Shown here: piece by piece, positions 47,271 to 55,945 of the stretch
Position numbering within the stretch: position 1 is the stretch's first letter
Layout: every line of letters starts with the position of its first letter
DNA from: an uncultured Candidatus Saccharibacteria bacterium
GTDB lineage: Bacteria; Patescibacteriota; Minisyncoccia; Minisyncoccales; CG1-02-41-26
NCBI GenBank assembly: GCA_964421005.1
Contig: CAYQUV010000001.1
Location: 1-57,809 of the forward strand
Length of the DNA: 57,809 nucleotides
Direction of reading: 5' to 3'
Position numbers and translations under genes: made by a program
Notes under the pieces: generated by a model
What the model saw: only the letters and a program-made list of their open reading frames with translations
The model's database searches: none
What the model was told of the DNA's origin: nothing

Positions 47271-47675
47271 ATGAAAATCTCAGCCAAAACTAGATACGGT
47301 TTGAGGGCAATGGTTTTTCTGGCTAAGAATTACAAAGAAAAAGAATTTTCCAGTTCAAAAGAAATTTCAAAAAAAGAAGGAATTCCCCGGGACTATCTTG
47401 AAAAAATAATGGAAAAATTAAAAGGAAAAAGATTGGTCAGAGCCAAAAAAGGGAAAGGAGGCGGCTATATCTTGGCCCGTTCCCCGGGAAAAATAAAAGT
47501 AAAAGAGATTGTGGAAATTTTAGAAAAAGACTCCAGGCTGGTTTTTTGTTTAGCCAAGAACAAAAAAATAATATGCCCGAGAGAAAAAGATTGTTTAAGT
47601 AAAAAGGTCTGGTTAAAAATTCAAAAAGCAATAAATACTGCCTTGGATTCAATTAGGTTAGAAGACTTAATTTAA
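47271..47675 (+). CDS. Rrf2-family transcriptional regulator (IscR-like)
   Basis: MKISAKTRYGLRAMVFLA wHTH. Cys residues C93, C102 and C108 (counted from the translation) in the region where IscR-type regulators ligate a cluster. Lies upstream of nifS/nifU. Confidence 0.88.
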   Translation: MKISAKTRYGLRAMVFLAKNYKEKEFSSSKEISKKEGIPRDYLEKIMEKLKGKRLVRAKKGKGGGYILARSPGKIKVKEIVEILEKDSRLVFCLAKNKKIICPREKDCLSKKVWLKIQKAINTALDSIRLEDLI

Positions 47676-47679
47676 AAAT

Positions 47680-48888
47680 ATGCCCGAGAATAAAAAAATA
47701 TATCTTGATTATGCGGCAACCACTCCTTTGGCAAAAGAGGTTCTAAAGGAAATGTTCCCTTTTTTGGAAAAGGATTTTGGCAACCCTTCTTCAATTCACA
47801 GTTTTGGCCAAAAAGCAAAAGAGGGAATAGATAAATCCAGAGAAAGAATTTCTAACTTTTTAAATTGCTCTCTCTCCGAAATTTTTTTTACCGGTTCGGC
47901 AACCGAAGCTAACAACCTGGCAATCTTCGGAGTTGTCAGGGCTGCTCAAAAAAGAGAAGAGAGACCTCACATTATTACAACTCAAATTGAACATCATGCC
48001 GTTTTAGAACCCTGTCGCCAATTGGAAAAAGAAGGAGTTGAGGTTACTTATCTGCCGGTTGACAAAGAGGGTTTAATTAAAATTTCTGAACTCAAAAAAG
48101 CAATCAAAGATAATACTCTTTTGGTTTCCATAATGTACGCAAACAACGAAATAGGAACAATTCAGCCAATTACTGAAATAGGAAACCTTATCAAGAAAAT
48201 AAACTCACGTTCCAAACCCCAGAGTTCAGCCATCGGGATTTATTTCCATACCGACGCTGTTCAGGCAATAAATTATCTGGACTGCGATGTCAAAAAATTA
48301 GGAGTCGATCTCTTAACCCTTTCCGCTCATAAGATTTACGGACCAAAAGGAGTTGGTGCTTTATATGTCAAAACAGGAACTCAAATTGTCCCTTTAATTT
48401 ATGGGGGAGGACACGAAAGAGGGTTGAGGTCAGGAACCGAAAACGTGGCTTCTATTGTAGGATTTGGCAAAGCAATTGAAGGAATTGAAAAATCAAAAAG
48501 TGGAATTGAAAGAATTAAAAAATTGAGAGATAAGCTAATTGATAACATTCTTAAAAACATTCCCGGGACAAAACTGATGGGAGCAAGGGATAAGCGTTTA
48601 CCAAACAATGTCAACGTTTCTATTTCCGGAGCTGAAGGAGAAAGTATGGTAATCGCCCTGGATAAAGAAGGTATTGCTGCTTCAACCGGTTCAGCTTGTT
48701 CTTCTCAAAGCCTGGAACCATCCCATGTTCTTCGAGCCCTGGGTCTATCTTCTGCGGAAGCTCATTGTTCTTTAAGATTATCTCTCGGCAAATATACCAA
48801 AGAAGAAGAAGTTGATAAAGTTTCGGAAATTTTGCCAAAAATCGTCAAAAGATTGAGAAAAATTTCAGGGTACAAAACAGAGTTATGA
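47680..48888 (+). CDS. nifS: Cysteine desulfurase (NifS/IscS class I)
   Basis: PLP lysine context SAHKIYGPKGVGALYV. Active-site loop ASTGSACSS. 402 aa. Confidence 0.95.
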   Translation: MPENKKIYLDYAATTPLAKEVLKEMFPFLEKDFGNPSSIHSFGQKAKEGIDKSRERISNFLNCSLSEIFFTGSATEANNLAIFGVVRAAQKREERPHIITTQIEHHAVLEPCRQLEKEGVEVTYLPVDKEGLIKISELKKAIKDNTLLVSIMYANNEIGTIQPITEIGNLIKKINSRSKPQSSAIGIYFHTDAVQAINYLDCDVKKLGVDLLTLSAHKIYGPKGVGALYVKTGTQIVPLIYGGGHERGLRSGTENVASIVGFGKAIEGIEKSKSGIERIKKLRDKLIDNILKNIPGTKLMGARDKRLPNNVNVSISGAEGESMVIALDKEGIAASTGSACSSQSLEPSHVLRALGLSSAEAHCSLRLSLGKYTKEEEVDKVSEILPKIVKRLRKISGYKTEL

Positions 48889-49274
48889 AAGATTACTATT
48901 CAAAAAAAATAATCGACCGCTTTTTAAACCCAAAAAATCTGGGAAAAATAAAAAATCCTGACGGCATAGGAGATACCGAAAATTTGAGATGCGGAGATAT
49001 AATGAAAATCTATATTAAGGTCAGCAAAAAGAAAGAAGAATACATCAAAGAAATAAAATTTGAAACAATGGGATGCCCTGTTGCAATAGCCAGTTCTGAT
49101 ATAATTTGTAGTTTAGCCAAAGGAAAAACATTGGACGAAGCCAGAAAAATCAGTTTTAAAAATATTGCCGATAAATTGGGGCCTTTGCCTCCTCAAAAAA
49201 TGCATTGCACCAACCTGGCCGAAAGGGCTTTAAGAATGGCAATAAAAGATTATGAAGATAAAAAGAAAAAATAA
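48885..49274 (+). CDS. nifU: Fe-S cluster scaffold protein (NifU N-terminal / IscU type)
   Basis: Three ligand Cys in LRCGDIM, GCPVAIASS and MHCTNLA. Start overlaps the nifS stop (ATGA). Confidence 0.93.
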   Translation: MKDYYSKKIIDRFLNPKNLGKIKNPDGIGDTENLRCGDIMKIYIKVSKKKEEYIKEIKFETMGCPVAIASSDIICSLAKGKTLDEARKISFKNIADKLGPLPPQKMHCTNLAERALRMAIKDYEDKKKK

Positions 49275-50325
49275 AAAAGTTGTAATGGCAATGTCCGGAG
49301 GAATTGATTCTTCGGTAGGGGCAGCCCTCTTAAAGAAAGAGGGGTTTGATGTAAGAGGTATTTTTATGGAACTTTGGCAAGACCCTTCAAAATTCTCAAA
49401 AAAAAGAGCGGAGAAAGCGGCTAAACTTCTGGAAATTCCTTTTCAAGTACTCGATTTAAAAAAAGAATTCAAAAGAAAAGTTATCGGCTATTTTCTAAAA
49501 GAGTATAAAAGCGGCAGAACTCCAAATCCCTGTGTCGTCTGTAACAAGGAAATTAAATTTAGTTTCCTTTTAAAAAAGGCTCGAGAACTCGGGGCAGATT
49601 TCATCGCTACTGGTCATTACGCCGTAAAACAGGAGAAAAAAAGAAACAAAAAAGAAAAAACAGAATATAAATTGTTAAAAGGCAGAGACAAAGAAAAGGA
49701 CCAATCATATTTTCTCTGGCAACTAAATCAAAAAACTCTCAAAAAAGTTTTATTTCCTCTTGGAACTTTAAAAAAGAAAAAGGTTAAAAATTTGGCAAAG
49801 AAGTTCGGCTTGCCGGTCAAAAATATCGGAGAGTCCCAGGAAATCTGTTTTGTCAAAACATCAATTAATGATTTTCTCAAACAATATATCGGAGCGAGAC
49901 CAGGAAACATCGTAGACGAAAAAGGCAATCTAATCGGCAAACATCGGGGGCTCCATTTTTATACAATCGGTCAAAGAAAGGGACTTGGGATTTCAGGTGG
50001 CCCCTGGTATGTTTTAAGCAAAGATTTGAAAAAAAATATTCTGATTGTCACCAAAAATGAAGAAAATCTGAAAAAAAAGAAACTAATTGTAGAAAATGTT
50101 AACTGGATTTCAGGAAGAGCACCGAAATTGCCTTTGAAAATTAAAACTAAAATAAGATATAAGTCTCCTTTGAGAGAAGCCGAGATGAAAAAGAAAAAAG
50201 GAGAGAAATTTTTTAAGGTGGTTTTTTCAAAGAAACAGAAATCTATTACTCCCGGTCAGTCAATAGTTTTTTACAAAGACGAAGAAGTTTTAGGAGGAGG
50301 AATAATAAGAAAAACAGAAGATTGA
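49252..50325 (+). CDS. mnmA: tRNA 2-thiouridine(34) synthase MnmA
   Basis: PP-loop AMSGGIDSS. Catalytic Cys context NPCVVCNK and ESQEICF. Contains a Lys-rich insertion. Confidence 0.93.
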   Translation: MKIKRKNKKVVMAMSGGIDSSVGAALLKKEGFDVRGIFMELWQDPSKFSKKRAEKAAKLLEIPFQVLDLKKEFKRKVIGYFLKEYKSGRTPNPCVVCNKEIKFSFLLKKARELGADFIATGHYAVKQEKKRNKKEKTEYKLLKGRDKEKDQSYFLWQLNQKTLKKVLFPLGTLKKKKVKNLAKKFGLPVKNIGESQEICFVKTSINDFLKQYIGARPGNIVDEKGNLIGKHRGLHFYTIGQRKGLGISGGPWYVLSKDLKKNILIVTKNEENLKKKKLIVENVNWISGRAPKLPLKIKTKIRYKSPLREAEMKKKKGEKFFKVVFSKKQKSITPGQSIVFYKDEEVLGGGIIRKTED

Positions 50326-50411
50326 CAGAGGCGAAATCTCAGAGGTATACTCAAAATATGAGTTCTCTAAAGGTCAAATTATCTTGCTAAAATTAAAATA
50401 AATTATTATTT

Positions 50412-50693
50412 ATGTCACCATTAAGAAATGGAACGGGCCCCGGGGGGCAAGATCCGGGGATAGGCAGAGGCGCTGGCAGAGGAGCAGGACAGGGCAGAGG
50501 AGCCGGCCAAGGTAGAAGAGCCGGACAGGGTCGAGGTTTAAACCGTCAGCCGGGCGGTTTCGGTTTAGGCCCCGGGGATTTCTGTATTTGTACCAATCCC
50601 GATTGCCAGCATAAAGTTCCTCATCAAAGAGGAGTCCCCTGTTACACCCTGAAATGCCCGAAGTGCGGGAGTCCAATGATAAGAGAAAGATAA
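50412..50693 (+). CDS. DUF5320-like small protein: Gly/Arg-rich N-terminus plus a C-terminal 4-Cys knuckle
   Basis: RNGTGPGGQDPGIGRGAGRGAGQGRGAGQGRRAGQGRG resembles the GTGP..G.G..TGRG start of DUF5320-type proteins (from memory). C-terminus CICTNPDC...CPKCG. Confidence 0.55.
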   Translation: MSPLRNGTGPGGQDPGIGRGAGRGAGQGRGAGQGRRAGQGRGLNRQPGGFGLGPGDFCICTNPDCQHKVPHQRGVPCYTLKCPKCGSPMIRER

Positions 50694-50742
50694 ACTTTAC
50701 AAAATAATACTTTTCAATTTCAGTATTATTTTCCATTTCTCT

Positions 50743-51237
50743 ATGCGTATTTGTATTACATCAATTGGCCCAGATTTAGATTCTCAAGTAGACCCTCGTT
50801 TCGGCAGAGCCCAATATTTTTTGATTCTTGATGAAAAAGGGAAATTAAAAGAAGCCCTAAGAAATCCAGGAATCAGAGCTATGAGAGGAGCCGGAATATC
50901 GGCTGCTCAAGAAATTTCAAATAAAGGAATAAATATCCTAATCACCGGAAACATCGGGCCAAATGCTATCGGGGTACTAATGACAACCGGAATAAAGGTC
51001 TTTTTGGCAAATTCGGCAAACTCTGCCAAAGAAGCTTTCAAAATGTGGAAGGCCAATAAATTGTCTGAAATTAAATCTCCCTCGATCGGAGGCCATTTTG
51101 GCATAGGAGCCGGCGGCAGTGGCAGAGGGGCCAGGGGTGGCAGAGGTCCCGGTAGTGGCAGAGGTCCCGGTAGTGGCAGAGGTCCCGGTAGTGGCAGAGG
51201 AGCCGGAGGTAGCAGCGGCAGAAATCTCGGAAGATAA
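50743..51237 (+). CDS. NifX/NifB-C-terminal-like (dinitrogenase Fe-Mo cofactor family fold) protein with a Gly/Arg-repeat tail
   Basis: MRICITS...VDPRFGRAQYFLILD......GAGISAAQEISNKGINILITGNIGPNA...L...GIKVF is the H/R-F-G-R-A..F.I.D hallmark of the Nitro_FeMo-Co domain. Tail: GRGARGGRGPGSGRGPGSGRGPGSGRGAGG. Confidence 0.75.
   Translation: MRICITSIGPDLDSQVDPRFGRAQYFLILDEKGKLKEALRNPGIRAMRGAGISAAQEISNKGINILITGNIGPNAIGVLMTTGIKVFLANSANSAKEAFKMWKANKLSEIKSPSIGGHFGIGAGGSGRGARGGRGPGSGRGPGSGRGPGSGRGAGGSSGRNLGR
51139..51200 (+). repeat. Perfect 18-bp tandem repeat (ggcagaggtcccggtagt, 3 full copies plus a partial one) encoding GRGPGS repeats
   Basis: Read directly: units at 51139-51156, 51157-51174 and 51175-51192, with a partial fourth copy. 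Confidence 0.9.
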
Positions 51238-52475
51238 TGTCAGATATATTTAAACAAGGACAAAAAACAAGTTTGCTCGCAGCTTCAATAACAGTTTCTT
51301 TAGCAGCAGCTAAAGGAATAGTCGGTTTTATTTCGGGCAGCGTGGTTTTAATGGGTGATGCCGTACATAGTTTCGCTGATTCTTTTTCAAGTTTTGCTGC
51401 CTGGTTGGGGCTGAAAATTGCTAAAAAAGAACCTACTCAAAAATTTCCTTACGGTTTTTATAAAGCAGAAAGTATAACTGCTTTTTTGATTTCTCTGTTA
51501 ATCTTCTTTGCCGGATATACTATTGTTAAAGAAAGTATTGGCAAGCTATTTTTGAAATACCAATTAAATATTCCTTTGGTAGCAATAGGAGTAGCTTTGC
51601 TGGATGCGGTTGTGATGTTCGGTATGGGAACTTACGAAATAAAAATAGGAAGAAGCATAAATTCCCAAAGTCTAATCGCAGACGGCAAAGAATCAAGAAT
51701 GCACATTTTCTCTTCTCTTATTGTTTTAGTGGGTCTTGTTTCGACCCTGCTTGATATTTCTTATCTGGAAGGAATTGCTGGAATTTTAATATCACTTTTT
51801 ATTTTTGAGGCGGGCTTTGAATCAGCAAGAGACTCAATATTTTCTCTAATGGATGTATCCCCGGATCCTTTGATAGAGAAAAAAATAAAAGATATATTAA
51901 GTAAAATCTCCGGACTTCGCGGATTTGAAAATTTAAAGTTAAGAAAATCAGGGCCTTTTGTTTTTGGAGAAGTTGAAGGGAAAATAGGAAAAGCTCTCAG
52001 TGTAAAAAGAGCCAGTGAAATTTCAGAAAGTATTGAAAAAGAAATAAAAAACAAAGTTAAAACAGTAGATTCTTTCACGGTTTCTCTTCGGCCTTTTGAA
52101 ACAAAGAAACAGAAAATTTGCATTCCGATAGAAAAAGACAAAGGATTGGAGTCGGAAATCTCATTACATTTTGGAAGAGCCCCTTTATTTATTTTTTTAG
52201 AATTAGAACAAGGGATAGTAAAGCGATTTTACATTAAAGAAAACCCTTTTAAAAAAGAGAAAATAAGAGCAGGGCTCAAAGCATGCGATTTCGTTATCAA
52301 GGAAAAAATTGATTCCATAATCACTAAAGAAATGGGACCTATTTCCCTCCATACTCTAAGAGATAATATTGTAGATGTTTATCAGGGAGTTGACAAAACA
52401 GTAAACGAAGCTATCAAGAATTTTTCTCAAAAAAAATTAAATCTTCTTAAAACTCCGACGAGAGTAAAAACATAA
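51237..52475 (+). CDS. Cation diffusion facilitator (CDF) transporter fused to a C-terminal NifX-like domain
   Basis: CDF core (AAKGIVGFISGSVVLMGDAVHSFADSFSS... six TM helices, and a cytoplasmic domain ending around residue 288). A second Nitro_FeMo-Co-like module follows (KICIPIEKD....ISLHFGRAPLFIFLE...) from about nt 52101. Start overlaps the upstream stop (TAATG). Confidence 0.8.
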   Translation: MSDIFKQGQKTSLLAASITVSLAAAKGIVGFISGSVVLMGDAVHSFADSFSSFAAWLGLKIAKKEPTQKFPYGFYKAESITAFLISLLIFFAGYTIVKESIGKLFLKYQLNIPLVAIGVALLDAVVMFGMGTYEIKIGRSINSQSLIADGKESRMHIFSSLIVLVGLVSTLLDISYLEGIAGILISLFIFEAGFESARDSIFSLMDVSPDPLIEKKIKDILSKISGLRGFENLKLRKSGPFVFGEVEGKIGKALSVKRASEISESIEKEIKNKVKTVDSFTVSLRPFETKKQKICIPIEKDKGLESEISLHFGRAPLFIFLELEQGIVKRFYIKENPFKKEKIRAGLKACDFVIKEKIDSIITKEMGPISLHTLRDNIVDVYQGVDKTVNEAIKNFSQKKLNLLKTPTRVKT

Positions 52476-53384
52476 ATGAGAAAACTCTTAAAGAAAATTG
52501 CTATAACCGGAGGCAAGGGCGGCACCGGTAAATCAACGGTAGCTGTTCTGCTGGCAAGTAAATTATCAAAGGAGGGCAAAAAGGTAATTCTCTGCGATTG
52601 TGATGTTGAGTGCCCTAATGACTACTTGTTAACCGGGCAAAAATTAAAAAAACCAGCAAGCCGAGTTTATGCTGAGTTTCCAAAATTAATTAAAGAAAAA
52701 TGCAAAAAGTGCGGCCTATGCGCCAAAACTTGCCGAAACAATGCTATCTTTCAGGCGCCGGGGGAATATCCAATTTTCATAAAAGATTTATGCTCTGGCT
52801 GCGGAGCTTGCTGGACAGTTTGTCCTTTCGGAGCAATCCGTCCCTACAAAGAGGAAATTGGAAAAATCTATCAAAACAAAGTAAATATTCCCCAAAGCAA
52901 CCGGCATTCATCAGAAAGTAAACAGAAATCAAAAGCAAAAGATAAAAATCAAAATTCAAAAAACTTCTATCTAGTAACGGGAGTAGCAAAAGCAGGATTA
53001 GAGGAAACGGGCCAGGTGGTCAGAGAGAGCAAAAAATTCGCTCTGGATTTAGCTAAAAAAATCAGGGCTGACGTTGTTCTTTTTGATACGGCAGCCGGTA
53101 CTCACTGCCCGGTGATCAATGCTTTATTAGATGTTAACGAGGCTCTTGCCGTAACCGAACCAACTCCAATGGGTGCTCTGGATTTAAATTTAATTCTGAG
53201 TTTGTGTAAAAAACTAAAAATTCCCAGTAAAATAATTGTAAACCAAGCAGATTTAGGAAATAGAAAAAAAATTGAAAATATTGCCAAAAAATTCAAAATA
53301 AAAATCAAAAAAGAGATTCTTTATTCAAAAAATTTAGTTGAAGCTTATTCTAAAGGTCAACTTTTAACTCAAGCATTAAACTGA
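52476..53384 (+). CDS. MinD/ParA/Mrp-superfamily P-loop ATPase with an inserted 2x[4Fe-4S] ferredoxin domain
   Basis: Deviant Walker A GGKGGTGKST. CKKCGLCAKTCRNNAI and CSGCGACWTVCPFGAI inserted after the P-loop. Walker B VLFDTAAG. Confidence 0.85.
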   Translation: MRKLLKKIAITGGKGGTGKSTVAVLLASKLSKEGKKVILCDCDVECPNDYLLTGQKLKKPASRVYAEFPKLIKEKCKKCGLCAKTCRNNAIFQAPGEYPIFIKDLCSGCGACWTVCPFGAIRPYKEEIGKIYQNKVNIPQSNRHSSESKQKSKAKDKNQNSKNFYLVTGVAKAGLEETGQVVRESKKFALDLAKKIRADVVLFDTAAGTHCPVINALLDVNEALAVTEPTPMGALDLNLILSLCKKLKIPSKIIVNQADLGNRKKIENIAKKFKIKIKKEILYSKNLVEAYSKGQLLTQALN

Positions 53385-53899
53385 TGGCTATAATTAAACC
53401 TTTAAAAAAAGAAGAAGTTGCTGAAATAGCAAAAGAAATATATCAGGATTTTGAAAACCAGGGGAAAAAAGTTCCGGAATGGGTTAAGGTTATGGCTCAC
53501 CGGCCAGAAATCCTAAAAGAATTTTTTGAATTGTTTAAAACGATAATGGCAGAAGGAAAAATAGAAAAATTATTAAAATGGAAAATTGCTTATACTGTTT
53601 CCCAAACATTAAAATGTCCATTCTGCGTTGATGTAACCAGCAAGATGTTAAAAAAATTCGGAGCAAAAGAAGAAGAAATAAAAAATGCTGAAAAGTTGGA
53701 AAACTTGTCTGAGAAAGAAAAAGAGATACTACAATTGGTAAAAGAAATAACCCAAAAAGCCCATGTTTGCAGCCCGGAGTTGTTTGAAAAAATGAAAAAA
53801 GATTTCACCGAACCCGAAATGGTAGAAATTGTCTCAATTATCGGTTTGTTCAATTATATCAACAGATTCAACAATACATTCTGTATCCTCCCCGAATAA
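53384..53899 (+). CDS. AhpD-like / carboxymuconolactone decarboxylase-family protein with a CxxC motif
   Basis: All-helical, 171 aa, with LKCPFCVDVTSKML (CxxC in the position typical of AhpD-like peroxidase folds). Start overlaps the upstream stop (TGATG). Confidence 0.6.
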   Translation: MAIIKPLKKEEVAEIAKEIYQDFENQGKKVPEWVKVMAHRPEILKEFFELFKTIMAEGKIEKLLKWKIAYTVSQTLKCPFCVDVTSKMLKKFGAKEEEIKNAEKLENLSEKEKEILQLVKEITQKAHVCSPELFEKMKKDFTEPEMVEIVSIIGLFNYINRFNNTFCILPE

Positions 53900-53923
53900 A
53901 ATATATTTTTAATTTATTAATTT

Positions 53924-55387
53924 ATGAGAAAAATAGTTTTTTTTACGGTTATATTCCTTACTCTAATATCAACTGCTTCTAATTTTGCTTCTGCTTCTGA
54001 AGTTCCCCAAACCGACTTCACTTGTGCTGTCTACTTTACAGGAGTCGGCTGCCCGCATTGTGCTAAGACCGACCCCCTTATTTTTGAAGATTTGCTCCCA
54101 GAATATCCAAATCTCGTTGTTATTGAGTACGAGATTTACCAACAGAAAGAAAATGCCCTCTTGTTAAATGAATATTGCAAAGTATACGAACTTCCTTATT
54201 GCAGACCGGGGATTCCATCGCCCTGCTGCGGTCTCCCTTTAATTTTTCTTGGCAAATCTCATCAAGAGATTATCTCCGGAGACAGCCCAATTTTAAATAA
54301 TGTCAGGGAAACAATTAAAGAAGTTGAAAATAAATGTCCTTTAATTGACGGGGGGTTGATTGATTTCAAGGAGCTAAACCTTGTCGCTTTACCAGGTTTT
54401 CCTAAAATCTGGACCGAAAATAAGATTTTAATGAAAAAAGGGCCAGGGGGAAACAGTGATTTACTAAAAAACTTATTGACAACTAAAAATTTACCCCAAG
54501 TTTTACGAAGAACAGAATTCAGAAAAATAGAGCCGATAAAAGTTGCTCTCTCCGGGAAATATGTGGAGTTTGAAAACGCTATAGAAATCAAGGGGTGGAT
54601 TTTCCAATGGAACGGCAGAGAATTTGAAATTTCTGGCTATCCCTCAAAAGAAGAACCTCTCTTAGAGAAAGAAACTACTTCAAAAAATAATTTACCCTTC
54701 CAGGAAATCGGAACAAGTCTCACTCTAGCTCAGATTTCATCCTTGGCTGCAGTAGATGCGATCAATCCTTGTGCTTTAGCAGTTTTGAGTTTAATGTTGA
54801 TTGCCATTTTGGCTTATAATCCAGAAAAGAAGAAAAACCTTCTCCTGGCCGGGAGTGCTTTTATTATTTCGGTTTTCGTAATGTATCTTGTTTATGGATT
54901 GATAATTGTCAAATCTTTCCAACTCATTCAGGCATTAACTTCAGTTAGGGTTTATCTTTATAAAATTCTTGGTGGAGTAGCTATAATCCTTGGTTGTTTC
55001 AAGTTAAGAGATTTCTTCAGAGCCGGAGGAGTTTGTAAAGTTTCACCGAGGGTAAATAAAATTATCTCCAAAGTAACCAGTACCAAAGGAGCTTTTTTGG
55101 TAGGCGCTTTTGTTGCCATATTTTTGCTTCCCTGTACCATCGGACCTTATATTATCTGCGGGGGAATTCTTTCCGGTCTCTGTCTATCAAAATCTTTACC
55201 GCTTCTGTTGCTTTATAATTTAATATTTGTCCTGCCAATGGTTATATTGGTTTGGATAATTTACCTTGGCCTCAGTAAAGTTGAAGATATTTCCAAGTGG
55301 CAGGCAAAAAATATAAAATATTTAGACCTGGCTTCCGGATTAGTTATTTTAGGATTAGGAATAGCTATGATTTCAGGGTTAGTTTAG
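53924..55387 (+). CDS. Fusion of an extracytoplasmic thioredoxin-like domain (CPHC) with a CcdA/DsbD-type thiol:disulfide electron-transfer membrane domain
   Basis: Signal peptide. YFTGVGCPHCAK. Six C-terminal TM helices with the two DsbD-family Cys contexts AINPCALAVL and LLPCTIGPY. Confidence 0.75.
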   Translation: MRKIVFFTVIFLTLISTASNFASASEVPQTDFTCAVYFTGVGCPHCAKTDPLIFEDLLPEYPNLVVIEYEIYQQKENALLLNEYCKVYELPYCRPGIPSPCCGLPLIFLGKSHQEIISGDSPILNNVRETIKEVENKCPLIDGGLIDFKELNLVALPGFPKIWTENKILMKKGPGGNSDLLKNLLTTKNLPQVLRRTEFRKIEPIKVALSGKYVEFENAIEIKGWIFQWNGREFEISGYPSKEEPLLEKETTSKNNLPFQEIGTSLTLAQISSLAAVDAINPCALAVLSLMLIAILAYNPEKKKNLLLAGSAFIISVFVMYLVYGLIIVKSFQLIQALTSVRVYLYKILGGVAIILGCFKLRDFFRAGGVCKVSPRVNKIISKVTSTKGAFLVGAFVAIFLLPCTIGPYIICGGILSGLCLSKSLPLLLLYNLIFVLPMVILVWIIYLGLSKVEDISKWQAKNIKYLDLASGLVILGLGIAMISGLV

Positions 55388-55413
55388 AATATCAATAAAC
55401 TAATTTAAAAGTT

Positions 55414-55734
55414 ATGTACAAAATAAATAAACAAAAATGTACGGGTCGCGGAGTTTGCATGGCTAATTGTCCCGGCGCAACTGAACTCGAAGCAGAGGGA
55501 AAAGCCAAGGTAATTGATCAAGATAAACTGGAAAAATGCGGAGGAGAAAATCTCTGTCCGTTTGGGGCAATAGAAAAAATCCCAGAAGAAGTAAAACGAA
55601 AACAACAAACACCTTTAACATCTCCACTTTATAGCTCTCCCTCATCATCTTTTCTTAAGGAAAGAGAGTCTGGCAAGAGTAGAGGCTTCGGACGGTCAAG
55701 AGGAATAAAGAAAAAGCGAAGAAGAAGAGATTAG
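55414..55734 (+). CDS. Small ferredoxin-like protein with an Arg/Lys-rich C-terminal tail
   Basis: KCTGRGVCMANCPG ... CGGENLCPFGAI, followed by GKSRGFGRSRGIKKKRRRRD. Confidence 0.6.
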   Translation: MYKINKQKCTGRGVCMANCPGATELEAEGKAKVIDQDKLEKCGGENLCPFGAIEKIPEEVKRKQQTPLTSPLYSSPSSSFLKERESGKSRGFGRSRGIKKKRRRRD

Positions 55735-55945
55735 CATTAAAAGATTGAACAATTCTTCTGGCTAAGATGAAAAACTCATAATTTAAATTATTCTACTTGC
55801 GGAGGTCAAAATTTACTCAAAAAAATCTACTCAAAAAGCTGTAATTGAACTCAGCCTGATGGATGTCTATGATTTGGATTTAATTTTGGACCCATATCAA
55901 GCCCAAAAGGAAATGCTTAATATAATGTTGAATTAACTTAAAATT

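Noticed and set aside
50410-50736. 108-aa minus-strand ORF overlapping the DUF5320-like gene.
   Set aside because: It is the antisense reading of the Gly/Arg-repeat DNA. The plus-strand product has the recognisable GTGP/GRG start and a 4-Cys motif, and it fits the operon.
51139-51200. Short tandem repeats considered as a possible CRISPR array or minisatellite.
   Set aside because: The repeats are contiguous with no spacers, 18 bp long, in frame and coding (GRGPGS). No CRISPR-like repeat-spacer pattern or cas gene was seen anywhere in the window.
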